Origin: Eledone cirrhosa
Taxonomy: Eukaryota
Assembly (NCBI GenBank): GCA_964016885.1
Contig: OZ024751.1
Coordinates: 27,032,001-27,096,000 of the forward strand
Direction: 5' to 3'
DNA length: 64,000 nt
Part shown: positions 27,062-40,854 of the stretch, one piece after another
Layout: every line of letters starts with the position of its first letter
Numbering within the stretch: the first letter of the stretch is position 1
Position numbers and translations under genes: made by a program
The notes under the pieces: generated by a model
Told to the model about the DNA's origin: nothing
The model's database searches: none
Seen by the model: the letters and a program-made list of their open reading frames with translations, nothing else

Positions 27062-27460
27062 GTGAATATTTACAGTAGAATATTTACGTATCGAGGCGAT
27101 ACATGTAGTTATTTGCCAATAGCGTATGCAGAGGGTGCTCAATACTAGTGCCGGCAGTGTTAAATATTAGAAGTGTTAATATCTAGTGGGTGAGAGAATT
27201 AGCAGAACGGAAGCATGTGGAGAAGTAAATACAGGAGAACAAACCGTTAAAACATGTTTATTTAAAATAGCACCTACGTATGTTTCACCCGAATGGGCTT
27301 CTCAAGGGCATAAACAACTAAAAAGCGTTCCTTACATGACCCGGGATGAGTTTTTAGTTGTTTATGCCCTTGAGACGCCCATTCAGGTGAAACGTACGTA
27401 GGTGCTATTTTAAATAAACATGTTTTAACGGTTTGTTCTCCTGTATTTACTTCTCCGCGT
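27062..27460 (-). mobile_element. Fold-back element (arms 27219-27324 and 27351-27456 plus tail)
   Basis: About 105-bp inverted arms with few mismatches, variant hammerhead, gtgctcaat tail motif near 27135, TA run on the right. Confidence 0.65.
27271..27310 (-). ncRNA. Variant hammerhead (U3-A8 core); a mutated inverted copy lies at about 27365-27404 (+)
   Basis: tgccc-TTGAGAA-gccc/attc/gggt-GAAA-catacg-TA-ggtg; the other arm has palindromic cgtacg but A9>C; stem I is weak. Confidence 0.5.
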
Positions 27461-28318
27461 ATATATCATATATATATATAGTTGAAAATGAACAAACAAA
27501 ACACAGGAGGCAAATGTACACACATGTATATATACACATAGATACATAGATATAGAAGACGCTGATATATAAATAGCAATACATATCTATACTTAGTTGA
27601 TGTAATTATTCAATAATCAGGTGATAAAGAACATTTTGTGTTGTGAATATTTCATGTGATTATTCCAACTTTTGTAGAACATTCTTACAGCTTATAGCAG
27701 TCACATGTTTTATATATCTGGAACAAGAGGGACCTATGCTACTATACACACATATATACATATACACACATATACATATACATATATATATATATACACA
27801 CATATACATATACATATATATATACACACATATACATATACATATATATATATATATATACACACATATATGTCAGATGTTTTATATATGAGGACTATCT
27901 CTGGAACAAGAGGGACCTAAGCTACTATACACATACATATACACATATACACACAGATACACATATACATATATACACACATACGCACATGTACACATAT
28001 ACACATATCACATGTTTTATATATGAGGGCTGTCTCTGTAACAAGAGGGACATTATGGTCTATACACACATATACACATACACACATATGCACATATAGA
28101 CATACATGTATATATGCAAGCATACATACCTATATAGATGTATATACATATACATCCACATATGTGTGCATAAATGCACACATACACACAGAGACATACA
28201 TATACATCCATATATATGTAAAAATGCATGCATACATATTTACATACATGTACATAATACATACATACACATATACACATATACATACATGTAGACAAAC
28301 ACACATACATATATACAC

Positions 28319-28597
28319 GATGGCTGCCCCCTCGTTATCGAGTATGGCCATTGCATGATATACCATTATTAATAATTATTAATTAATTCTATCGTGCAAT
28401 GCTTGTGCATGAAGATATTTTTTAAAGTGAGGAAAGACTGTGCACTGAGCCAGTCCCACTCTCTGAGAGACAGTAGCTGTAACCCAAAAAAGAAGAAAAG
28501 ATCAAGATCATCGGTAACTACTGAGCCGCAGGTTTTATGTTGGAGTTATCCCAGTTTCCTGAGTTGCCTTCTCCAAGAAGAATGCCCTGACAAGGGC
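28319..28597 (-). mobile_element. RTE-derived short element, second copy
   Basis: Reverse complement aligns by eye to 38233-38530. Confidence 0.7.
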
Positions 28598-29301
28598 TAG
28601 GGGTCCTTCTACTCCCATACATACATACATATAGACAAACATACATACATACATACATATATACATACATACATACATATAGACAAACATACATACATAC
28701 TTACATATATACATACATACATCCATACATACGTACATACATACATACATATATACATACATACATCGTAGATAAATCTACCAAAAGTTTACGGTAGTGT
28801 CCAATCCGTATGAAGAACTCAATGTAATAAGTATTGTTTTTCCATTGTTTTTACATACATACATCCATACATACGTACGTACATACATATATACATAGAG
28901 AGAGAGAGAGACAGATAGATAAAAGATAAATAGATAGATAGAAGCATACATATATGTTTGCATCTCTGAATACATTAAAGCTGAGTTGCTGAGTACTGAG
29001 TATTAAATATTGCAAGAGTTTAATAAATAGCAGTCCATTAGTTATTGTGGTGTGATAACAGGACCGTGACTGGTTGACCTTTCAAATATCACACACTGGG
29101 GATATATACACACACATATATATATATCAATATTTGCAAGGGTGTATATAAGATAGATAAATAGATTAAGAAGAATCGAAGTCAGTCTTGTAACATACAT
29201 TATTGACATTTGTTTCAATATCAATCAGCTGAGGGTTCAATCAACATGATACCCCCCCCCACCACCACCACCACCACTACCACCATCTCATTCTCAACAT
29301 C

Positions 29302-29340
<39 letters not shown>

Positions 29341-30081
29341 TCATCATCATCATCACCGTTTTACGTCCGTTCTTCCATGCTAGCATGGGTTAGACGGGTT
29401 GTCCTGTTGTGGGCAGTGTCTGGTCAGCTGACCATGCCTTGCTCATACAGGAACTGATGATATATATGCTTACATATATGTTTAGTGTATATATAAATAT
29501 ATATATATATTTGCATGTGTGTGCATATATGTATGCATGTGTGTGTGTATGTCCTCACTGTTTTTTTATTGGCAACATGACCATCACAAACTTTTATATA
29601 AATATACATGTGTATGTCCCACCCTTGCAAGCAGGGAAAAGCGAACGTAAAATGATGATGATGATGATGAGAAAGAATAACACACTAGAGAGTGTGTGTG
29701 TGTGTGTATTATTCTATGTACTATATTGACGAGTTGTAGTGCACCTGAGCACTTTACACAATAATTTCATTATTATTATTATTATTTTAATAAAACAGGG
29801 AAACCACCAGTGTATGGAATCTCTCTCTCTCTCTAGTGTGTTACCTTTTCAACATATTGTATTTTGAAGAGCTCAGGATTCATTTTCCTTTGAGCACATT
29901 ATTTACAGGGAATAGCGAGAGTCTATGGCTCCGTAAATTTATCTTGATATATATATATATATATATACATGCACTCAAGGGCGGCCGTCCAGGGTAGAAG
30001 ATGCTGACTGTTCGGTTGCCTTCATGTCTCTGATTTTTCATCCCATGAATTTTGTCTGTTGTATTCCTTTGTTATTTTCAA

Positions 30082-30139
30082 ATGCCTGATGATGTCACCG
30101 GATTCATGCTGGGCCCGGTCATTGAAATGATCGTGGTAT
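30082..30139 (+). ncRNA. Decayed hammerhead-like motif in a (TA)n-flanked insert (about 29970-30190)
   Basis: atgc-CTGATGA-tgtcaccgg...ccggtcatt-GAAA-tgatcg-TG-gtat followed by AATAAA; the GUG triplet is not a cleavable NUH. Confidence 0.45.
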
Positions 30140-30221
30140 AATAAACCTTTCAAGGAAGTACACCAGTCCAGCCTCCTGTTATTTTGTAATATATATATAT
30201 ATATATATTTTTTTTTTTTTC

Positions 30222-30420
30222 ATGTAATAAACAACATAAGATAATTATTTCATTTACCAGTGGTTTCTTGAAAGCAGATATTGTATCTGTTTTTAGTCGT
30301 CAGAATGAGTAAATGAAATAATTATCTTATGTTGTTTATTACATAACTAATAAGCTCTGTAGCCTACATAGAGCACTCTTTTTTCCTGTACCTTTCCGAC
30401 GGAATTACTTCGTTTATTTA
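30222..30420 (+). mobile_element. Fold-back element with 36-bp arms enclosing a hammerhead, plus tail
   Basis: Arms 30222-30257 and 30309-30344 are perfect reverse complements; tail gctctgtagcctacatagagcactc. Confidence 0.7.
30251..30307 (-). ncRNA. Minimal type I hammerhead ribozyme, third family
   Basis: Minus strand: catt-CTGACGA-ctaaaaacagata/caa/tatctgctttcaa-GAAA-ccactgg-TA-aatg; GUA triplet; base of stem II imperfect. Confidence 0.7.
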
Positions 30421-31150
30421 TATATACATAAGCAGGAAGAGAAAGGGAAGGAGAAAGAGAGAGAGAGAAGAAGTTTGATAAGGGGGTTTTAGGGTATTCG
30501 CCCCCACCGGCCCCAATATAAGGCTATTTTAATCTATTACATATATAAATATCCCTAGTAAAGAAAATTTATAGAATTTTTAAAGGGAAGTAACTTTTAT
30601 GAAATTTTAAAATATTATCTCCCTTACAAATTGTCTTTTCTTCTGCCTCTCAAAATAGCCTTCATATTTTGTTTGAATTTTAGAGGTTCTGATTATACAA
30701 AAAAAAAAAGGATAAATAAAATCAAAATTTTTTTTTTTTTGCATGCCCTTTTCCCTGACAACATACCTAGTGATTCTTCCAAGTGCGAAGCATTATAGAC
30801 CCTTCCCAAGTATAACAATATATATATACATATATATATGTGAGTATATATATATATATCATCATTTTACATCCGCTTTTCCCTGCTTACAAGGGTGGGA
30901 CGGAAACTGATTCTGGTTTGATTTCTACATCTGGATGCCCTTCCTAACACCAACCTCATTTACAGTGAGTGCTGGGTGCTTTTTTTCCGTGACGCCTACA
31001 CGCCCACTTTGCAGTGTGGGCTGGGTGCTTTTTTGCCATGGCACCTCCACAACCAGTTTGCAATGGAATGATAGGGACCCCAGTCCTATCATCTCATTTC
31101 TACAGCTAAGTAAACTGGAGCAATGTTAAATAAAGTGTCTTGCTCAAGGA

Positions 31151-31240
<90 letters not shown>

Positions 31241-31374
31241 ATGCGCTTATACAGAAGACCCAACTTCCCACGAGCATAGGCCAAAGCTGAAGCATATATA
31301 CAGTAGGCACTACCCAATCCCATCCTCCCATACACCTCCTATGAGGACAGGCTGAAACACTTTAAAGTAGTTGT

Positions 31375-31865
31375 GATGGTGACACAGTAAAAAGCACCCA
31401 GCCCTCAGTAAAGTGGTCGTGTTGGTATCACGACCAAAAGCACCCAGTACTCAATGAAAATGAGGTTGGGATTAGGAAGAGCATCCAGCTGTAGAAACCA
31501 AGCCAAAATCAGTTCTGTATGAGCAAGACATGGTCACCTGACCTGGCATTTCCCACAACAGGACAACTCGTGTAACCCATGCTAGCATGGAAAATGGACG
31601 TAAAATGATGATGATGATGATACATATATATATATAGATATATATATGTATATATAAATATATATGTAGGTAACATGGTAAACACCTCCCAGTCCACACT
31701 GTAAACGTGGTTGGTGTTAGGAAGGGCATCCAGCCGTAGAAAACCCGCCAGACAGTCCTATACGAGCAGGACAACCAATCTTGCCTCAAGTGGGAAAACT
31801 CCCCGTCCAAACCCATGCAAGCGTGGAAGATGGATGTTAAACGATGGTGATGATGATGATGATGA
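31375..31865 (+). mobile_element. Two tandem 3' fragments of an RTE-tailed SINE family
   Basis: ttaggaagggcatccagc(c/t)gtagaaa...ccatgc(t/a)agc(a/g)tggaa...(gat)n; other copies near 20285-20500, 26850-27060, 29340-29455, 30860-31050, 37540-37775 and 61300-61470. Confidence 0.75.
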
Positions 31866-32089
31866 TATGTGTATATAGGGATAAAGATCCCATAACTCCT
31901 TGTAGAGTGATAGAGGCACCGCCATACGGTGTGTCTAGGACACATTTAAACCTGGTGGTGCTCTACCCTCTCTAGGTCGCAATGGAGTGGGACTAATACC
32001 ATAAAGCATTCCATTCAACATCTTAATGACTGCCAATTTGCGGCCCATATATATATATGTATATAGCAGGCAAATTAACAGGTAGGGAA

Positions 32090-32660
32090 AGCTACATATG
32101 CTGTAGATGTTCAGAGAAATTTGATAATAGAAGAAGCAGTGATAGACACATTTTTCAAATGCAGGTAGGATCTATACAGGTGGTTGAGATACCGAGGTGA
32201 TCAGATTAGCAAGGGGCGAGGATGCTTCGAGGCCATAGTATCTAGAATAAGGATGGGTTGGAAGAAATTTAGGGAGCTGCTTCCTCTGTTGACAAAGGAG
32301 GATTTCTCCCTATGAACGAAAGGCCAGTTATATGACCAAGCATAGACGAGTTGAGAGAGAAACTGTGTATAAGAGGGATAAACTGTAGTGTGCAGGAGAG
32401 AAGACTGCATTGGTATGAACATGTGATGTGCATGGAGGATGACCGCTGGGTAAAGAAGTGCCAAGAAATCCCAGTGGAAGTAAGACGCAGTATAGGAAGA
32501 CCACGAAAATCATGGGCGGAGATGGTGAGAGCTGACCTGAGATCGTTGAAGCTAACAGAGGAAATGACGAAGGACCGTGATGAATGGAGAGATGGTGTGC
32601 TGAAAAGGACCCGGCCCACCCTTGCAAGCAAGGAAAAGTGGATATAAAATGATGATGATG
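32090..32660 (+). pseudogene. RTE LINE 3' fragment
   Basis: ERRLHWYEHV...GRPRKSW...DRDEWR RTE C-terminal motifs; (GAT)n tail. Confidence 0.85.
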
Positions 32661-32707
<47 letters not shown>

Positions 32708-32989
32708 AACAAAACACAATTATATTAGGTTATATATATATATAAATATATATATACATACATATATATATGATATGATATATATAAAGAGAGAGATTGA
32801 CTGATATGAGGTACAGTGTAAGCTGTCTAGATAGTTGAACAGATCAATGTAGAATATATCAATATATTTTGTTGCTGTCAAAATGCATTCCATTGCAACG
32901 TTACATGCAGTTAGCATGCAGTCAGTTGCAGCATCTGCTATATATGCTATGTTCTACTAACTGCAATTCACATGACTAGTGTAGTATAT

Positions 32990-34076
32990 ACTACTACTAA
33001 TGCTACAAACGCTATTAATGCTGTACATAATATTACTTACTTATACTACTACTACTGTTACTACTACTTAGTAGTACTACTGCTGACACTACTACTACTG
33101 CTGTTACTACTACTACTGCTGTTACTACTACTGCTACTGCTACTACTACTGTTACTGCTAACACTACTACTACTACTGCTAACACTACTACTACTGCTAA
33201 CACTACTACTACTACTACTACCACTACCACCACCACTACAACAATTACCACCACCACATCAACAACCACCACCACCACAACTACCACCACCACTACAGCA
33301 ATTACCACCACCACATCAACAACCACCACCACCACAACTACCACCACCACCACCACCACCACCACCACCATCACCACCACCACCAACACCACCACCACAA
33401 CCACCACCACAATCACCACCAACACCACCACACCACAACCCCACCACCACCACACCACCACCACCACCACTAACTCATCTACTTTGGTGACAGCAACCAC
33501 TGCCAATATTTTCACCACCAACTAATACTACTACTACTTTACTATGACAACATTGCCACTACCACCACCACCACCACCACCACAATCACTAACACTATAC
33601 TACTACTACCACTACTACCACAACACCGCTACAGCCACTATACCACCACTACTATTACAGCCACCATACCACTACTACCACCACTACAGCCACTATACCA
33701 CTACTACCACCACCACTACAGCCACCATACCACTACTACCACCACTACTACCACCACCACTACAGCCACCACGCCACCACTACCACCATCACTACTATTA
33801 CAACCAACATAACAGCCTACTTCCACAGACAGCTGCACCTTTCATGTTGTTCTCAGGGAGATTCAGTCTAATACAGGAACCTTCTAAATGGTCTGCTTTC
33901 AAACAGTTTCAGTCTCACTACTACTACTACCACCACTACTACCTCAACTACAACTACTACTACTACCACTCCCACCACTACTACTATGACCACTACTACT
34001 ATTACTACTACCACCACTACTACTACTACCACTACTACTACTACTACCACCACCACCACTACTACTACTACCACTG

Positions 34077-34107
<31 letters not shown>

Positions 34108-34890
34108 CACTACTACCACCACTACCATACTACAACTACTACCACTACTACCACTATTCCTACTACCACCACTACCACTACTACCCCCACTACCACTACC
34201 ACCACCACCACTACTACTACCACTACCACCACCACTACCACTACTACTACCACTACCACTACTACCACCACTACTACCACTACTACCACCACTACCATAC
34301 TACAACTACTACCACTACTACCACTATTCCTACTACCACCACTACCACTACTACCCCCACTACCACTACCACCACCACCACTACTACTACCACTACCACC
34401 ACCACTACCACTACTACTACCACTACCACTACTACCACCACTACTACCACTACTACCACCACTACTACTACTCTAGTGACCACCACACTGTAGTGACCAC
34501 CACACTGTAGTGACAACTACTGTAGTCACCACAACAACTACAGTGACCACAACTACTACAGTGACCACAACTACTACAGTGACCACAACTACTACAGTGA
34601 CCACAACTTCTACAGTGACCACAACTACTACAGTGACCACAACTACTACAGTGACCACAACTACTACAGTGACCACAACTTCTACAGTGACCACAACTTC
34701 TACAGTGACCACAACTACTACAGTGACCACAACTACTACAGTGACCACAACTACTACAGTGACCACAACTTCTACAGTGACCACAACTACTACAGTGACC
34801 ACAACTACTACAGTGACCACAACTTCTACAGTGACCACAACTACTACAGTGACCACAACTACTACAGTGACCACAACTACTACGGTGACC
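32990..34890. repeat. (ACT/ACC)n tracts and an 18-bp minisatellite
   Basis: gtgaccacaactactaca array at 34510-34890. Confidence 0.9.
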
Positions 34891-35779
34891 ACTACATTAG
34901 ATTTAAAACATGGCTGTGTTGTTTGTTTTACATCATTTCAGCTTTGATCCCACCTCACCTTGGATCTCTTGAGTGAAATTTGTTTGATGGGATCTTGCTA
35001 CAAGCTTATCTAAAGGACCATTTCTGTTGATGGAAGGTAGGCCTACATTGTTAAACACCCTTACCTAGCTTGGTGGTTCCCTTAGCAGAGACGACTCTGT
35101 GTAAGGTAGACTTAATTTGTTACCTTGTTAAAACTCCTACCTAGCCTGTGGTTCCCTTAGCAGAGCCCGCTCTGTGTAAGGCAGACCTACCTTGTTCAAC
35201 ATCCCTACCTAGCCACGAGGTTCCCTTAACAGAGCCAACTCTTTCATTCATTAGTCTTTGAAACCCTGTTAAAATAGTGTTATGTGTGATCCCCCCCCCC
35301 CCCCACCTTCTGATTATACCATAAAAAAAAACATGAAAGACAAAACACAAAACAAAATTTAACACACAAACTTACATTCCCTTAACAGTTACTTCCCCTT
35401 GTCATAGATGAATAAAATTAATGATGATAAATGAAATGTAGAAAATATAGACTAAACTGTTTCTTGGAGACATAGATACAATGTATGTATAATGTATATA
35501 TATATATGTTCAACACTTTCATTAACATATATGTAATGAAAGACACTTCCTGTGATTTTCATATCATTTTGAAAATAATCAAGAATTTCGATGGATTTGA
35601 TAGCATAATAAACTTTCTCATTGTTTATCTTGTGCTGGGAGCCCTAACATAAGTCCTTACATAGAAATATGATGGAAGATCTTTAGATAAACACTTTAAA
35701 ATCTAAGAACCAGAGGCAGTGTTTGATAATATGAATTCAATGGTTCAAAATGGTTCAATGGCTAAAATGACTCTTCCAT

Positions 35780-36430
35780 GACGTAACTGTTTTAATTTTA
35801 ACACTTGATCTCAGATCAAGTCCCTATGATGTAACTGTTTCAGTTTCAACACATGATCTCAGATCAAGTCATTTCCATAGGGTAGTTGTTTCCCTTTCAA
35901 CACACTGTCAATCTCAGCTCAAGTCACTTCTATAATGTAACTGTTTCAGTTTCAACACATAATCTAAGATCAAGTCACTTCTATAATGTAACTGTTTCAG
36001 TTTCAACACATAATCTAAGATCAAGTCACTTCTATAATGTAACTGTTTCAGTTTCAACACATAATCTAAGATCAAGTCACTTCTATAATGTAACTGTTTC
36101 AGTTTCAACACATAATCTAAGATCAAGTCATTTCTATGACCTAACTGTTTCAGTTTCAACACAATCTAAGATCAAGTCACTTCTATGATCTAACTGCTTC
36201 AGTTTCAACACATAATCTAAGATCAAGTCATTTCTATGATCTAACTGCTTCAGTTTCAACACATAATCTAAGATCAAGTCACTTCTATGATGTAATTGCT
36301 TCCCTTTCAACAGACAATCTAAGATCAAGTCACTTCTATGATGTAATTGCTTCCCTTTCAACAGACAATCTCAAATCAAGTTGCTTTCGTGATATAATTG
36401 TTTTACTTTCAGCATGCAATATCAGATCAA
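35780..36430. repeat. 51-bp minisatellite
   Basis: tctaagatcaagtcacttctataatgtaactgtttcagtttcaacacataa. Confidence 0.9.
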
Positions 36431-36826
36431 GTCATTTGCCAAAAATGTGCAGTTTTGAAATAAAATGGTGAGTTCAGAACTTTAGCATGTTCTTCTATAC
36501 TTGTACAGGTTGGATGAAGCTGGAGCTTATCCCAGTTTCAGTGGCATTAAGCAACCGAGAGTACATGACTCCCTGCTAAATAGGATACCAGTCCATTATG
36601 GTGCTAAGCTAGTATTCATTTTCAGCTAAGTGAACTGGTGACTCAACACATCACCCATTCTGGGAATAGAACACAATCTTATGATCATGAGCCCTACAAA
36701 TTAACAACTGGGCCACACTAACAACTCGAGCACACACTAACAACTGGACCACATATTTTCACACAATACAACAATGACTATATAAAAGGCTGAAAGTTTC
36801 AAGGTAAGAAGCAGGAATTAACTTAC

Positions 36827-36877
36827 AGCTGTTGGATTTGATATCACCTCTTCACTTTCTCCTTGTTTTGGGGTACT
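36827..36877 (-). CDS. Candidate 51-nt symmetric exon (STPKQGESEEVISNPTA)
   Basis: ctattctatttcag acceptor, GCT|gtaagt donor, phase 0-0, compatible with the 43 kb and 24 kb exons. Confidence 0.5.
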
Positions 36878-37080
36878 CTGAAATAGAATAGACAATGTGA
36901 GATTAGTGTGTGTAGATGTTGATGTCTGCGGTGGAAGTGGTTGATTCCATCCTCCTCCTCCTCACACTGCTTCCCCAGTGTCAGTAGTGCTGAGACACTG
37001 AAACAGGTAGTTCAGGTCATTTTATATAAGTATAAAAACTAAACTTTCAGCTTATTTTGTCTTAGCAACTAAAGGAGTAA

Positions 37081-37125
37081 GCCTTCTGATGAAGATTAAA
37101 ATAACAGAAATGGTACCTTTAGGGT
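37081..37125 (+). ncRNA. Decayed hammerhead-like motif
   Basis: gcctt-CTGATGA-agattaaaataaca-GAAA-tggtacct-TT-agggt; stem I and a ggtacc palindrome are present, stem II is poor. Confidence 0.35.
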
Positions 37126-38224
37126 GCTCTCCGTCACTAAGAGTAGCTGTGACAGGATCACAGATTTTTAAAATTCATAGTGAGATTACAAGGATGTTTA
37201 TTAGATATGAACAATTGAATATGATTTAATATACAACCCCAGTCAGAATTTGCAGAGTAGGTAGACCCAGAAAAACCTAGGACGACATGATAAAATCTGA
37301 CCTTGTACACTTACACCTCTCTAAGACAATGTCACTGGATCAAGATCTTTGGCACCACACAGTAATACAGAAGACCCACCTTCCCTACGTGCAAAATTAA
37401 CCTACAGTCAGTCGGCCCCCTCCTAACCAAATATACACCCCAACCCACTACCGCTACTCCATCCTCCCACTCCCACCAACACCACCCTTTCTCTCTAAAG
37501 CTATGTTGGTACCACAGAATATCCAGTGTACACTAAAGTGGTAATGTAGGTATCACGACAAAAAGCACCCAGTCTACGCTGTAATGTGGCCATGTATGTA
37601 ACATGGTAAAAAGGCTCCCAGTTGGTGTTAGAAAGGGCATCCAGCTGTAGAAAACCTGCCAGATAGTCCTATACGAGGGAGACGCAGTCACCCGATCAAT
37701 CTTGCCTCAAGTGGGACAATTCCTGTCTAACCCATGCTAGCATGGAAGATAGATGTTAAACGATGATGATGATGATATATATGTCTACTACAGTAGGTAT
37801 TACTAGAAGACTAGTAATATATACTGTAGTATGTATTACTAGAGGACTAGTAATACCAACTCCAGTACTATCAACAGAGAGTTATAGTTTCATGTTAAAA
37901 TGGCAGAAAATCAATATATAGTTCATCTTCCTTTACAAATGGGGTCATTTACCTAGCAGGAGCTTTTACCAAACAAATAAATAATCAAAACAATTTTATT
38001 TACTGAACAACTAAATATAATTGACAAACCCCTTATAAGATGGCAAAATCTTTTAAACATGCCCTGTAACATCACACTAAAGAGAATATGTATTGAAAGA
38101 GAATTTTACTGAGATTACACAGGAAATATGTCACTGGGTAAATAGAAAGACACAACATAAATATTGGTGGTTTTAATTGATGTATGTACTTATGTGTGTA
38201 TATATACACATGTACCGCACGGTT

Positions 38225-38530
38225 AAACCACTGGGAGTGAAGGACCCCTAGCCTTTGTCAGGGCATTCTTCTAGGAGAAGGCAACTCAGGAAACTGGGAT
38301 GACTCCGATATAAAACCTGCGGCTCAGTAGTTACCGATGATGTTGATCTTTTCTTCTTTTCGGGATATAGCTACTGTCGCTCAGAGAGTGGGATTGGCTC
38401 AGTGCACAGTTTTTCCTCACTTTAAAAAATATCTTCACGCACAGGCATTGCACGATAGAATTAATTAATAATTATTAATAATTGTATATCATGCAATGGC
38501 CATACTCGATAACGAGGGCGCAGCCATCAT
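38225..38530 (+). mobile_element. RTE-derived short element; inverted copy at about 28319-28597
   Basis: Two closely similar copies of about 280-300 bp; RTE-like 5' UTR (ctaggagaaggcaactc) and (CAT)n tail. Confidence 0.7.
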
Positions 38531-38591
<61 letters not shown>

Positions 38592-38879
38592 TGGTTGTTT
38601 TAATTGATGTTATTTTACAATATTACCAACATCAACATCATCATCACCATCATCACCATCATCAACATCATCATCATCATCATCATCACCATCATCATCA
38701 CTATAATCACCACCATTATCACCACCACCACTACCATCATCATCATCATCATCATCATTTAAGATCTAATTTCCCTATTTTCATGGATTAGATAAGTTGT
38801 TACATTTTGAGGCTAGACATGTCAGGTGACCATGTCTTACAATTGTCAACCATGTCTTACACTGATCTTTCATTTTTTA

Positions 38880-39385
38880 CATGGTTTCTACAGCTTGATA
38901 CCCTTCTTAACCACTGTACAGTAAGTACTGGGAGCATGGTTTCTACAGCTTGATACCCTTCTTAACCACTGTACAGTAAGTACTGGGAGCATGGTTTCTA
39001 CAGCTTGATACCCTTCTTAACCACTGTACAGTAAGTACTGGGAGCATGGTTTCTACAGCTTGATACCCTTCTTAACCACTGTACAGTAAGTACTGGGAGC
39101 ATGGTTTCTACAGCTTGATACCCTTCTTAACCACTGTACAGTAAGTACTGGGAGCATGGTTTCTACAGCTTGATACCCTTCTTAACCACTGTACAGTAAG
39201 TACTGGGAGCATGGTTTCTACAGCTTGATACCCTTCTTAACCACTGTACAGTAAGTACTGGGAGCATGGTTTCTACAGCTTGATACCCTTCTTAACCACT
39301 GTACAGTAAGTACTGGGAGCATGGTTTCTACAGCTTGATACCCTTCTTAACCACTGTACAGTAAGTACTGGGAGCATGGTTTCTA
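38880..39385. repeat. 55-bp minisatellite, about 9 identical copies, SINE-derived
   Basis: atggtttctacagcttgatacccttcttaaccactgtacagtaagtactgggagc. Confidence 0.95.
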
Positions 39386-39574
39386 GAGCAGGGATCGCAT
39401 CCTAACACCAAACATACAGCCAATAAGAAATGACTTCACAAAATGTATAAATAAAACAAAACAATTATTAAAATAGTTCAAGGTAGTAGACAGTTTAGCT
39501 GGAAAAATATTAAACAAAACTGGTTACATAAGCATAAGATGAAAAAATACCAGATATTAATGGGTAGATTTCAT

Positions 39575-40510
39575 TTTGTAGTGCTGGCTTCTGTTGTGAC
39601 AGTCAGGCAGTGTATTTTGTAGTGTTGGTTTCTGTAGAGACAGTCAGGCAGTGTATTTTGTAGTGGTGGTTTCTGTAGAGACAGTCAGGCAGTGTATTTT
39701 GTAGTGGTGGTTTCTGTAGAGACAGTCAGGCAGTGTATTTTGTAGTGGTGGTTTCTGTAGAGATAGTCAGGCAGTCTATTTTGTAGTGGTGGTTTCTGTA
39801 GAGACAGTCAGGCAGTGTATTTTGTAGTGGTGGTTTCTGTAGAGACAGTCAGGCAGTCTATTTTGTAGTGGTGGTTTCTGTTGTGACAGTCAGACAGTGT
39901 ATTTTGTAGTGGTGGTTTCTGTAGAGACAGTCAGGCAGTGTATTTTGTAGTGGTGGTTTCTGTAGAGACAGTCAGGCAGTGTATTTTGTAGTGGTGGTTT
40001 CTGTAGAGACAGTCAGGCAGTGTATTTTGTAGTGGTGGTTTCTGTAGAGACAGTCAGGCAGTGTATTTTGTAGTGGTGGTTTCTGTAGAGATAGTCAGGC
40101 AGTCTATTTTGTAGTGGTGGTTTCTGTAGAGACAGTCAGGCAGTGTATTTTGTAGTGGTGGTTTCTGTAGAGACAGTCAGACAGTGTATTTTGTAGTGGT
40201 GGTTTCTGTAGAGACAGTCAGGCAGTGTATTTTGTAGTGGTGGTTTCTGTAGAGACAGTCAGGCAGTGTATTTTGTAGTGGTGGTTTCTGTAGAGACAGT
40301 CAGGCAGTGTATTTTGTAGTGGTGGTTTCTGTAGAGATAGTCAGGCAGTCTATTTTGTAGTGGTGGTTTCTGTAGAGACAGTCAGGCAGTCTATTTTGTA
40401 GTGGTGGTTTCTGTTGTGACAGTCAGACAGTGTATTTTGTAGTGGTGGTTTCTGTAGAGACAGTCAGGCAGTGTATTTTGTAGTGTTGGTTTCTGTTGAG
40501 ACAGACAGTG
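39575..40510. repeat. 41-bp minisatellite
   Basis: gtagtggtggtttctgtagagacagtcaggcagtgtatttt. Confidence 0.95.
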
Positions 40511-40854
40511 TATTTGCTATATTTGAATTGCTGCTTTCCTTAGGTAAATTCAGGTAAAAAAACTGATATAAGAAAAGAGCCCTGTGAAATAAGATGAAAC
40601 ATAGAATTTCTTATGCAATGGATATTGCAGCCTAGTTGTTTTTTTAGGCATATTGTCTGCTTGTGATTTGAATACAGGGTTCACAATGAAATTATGAGAT
40701 TATTGAATATGAGAAGCACTTGAAGATTGACTGAAGGTAAAGAATTTTCATGCTTTTTTTTTTTTTAGCTGTGTAAAATTGAAAAATGAAAATAAAATTC
40801 AATGCAAATTAATCAAGAAAGAGACAAAGTGAAACAAAACAATCCGTAAAATCT

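Noticed and set aside
40470-40582. Possible minus-strand exon after a ttcacag acceptor
   Set aside because: Hits a stop in the phase needed and runs into the 41-bp repeat.
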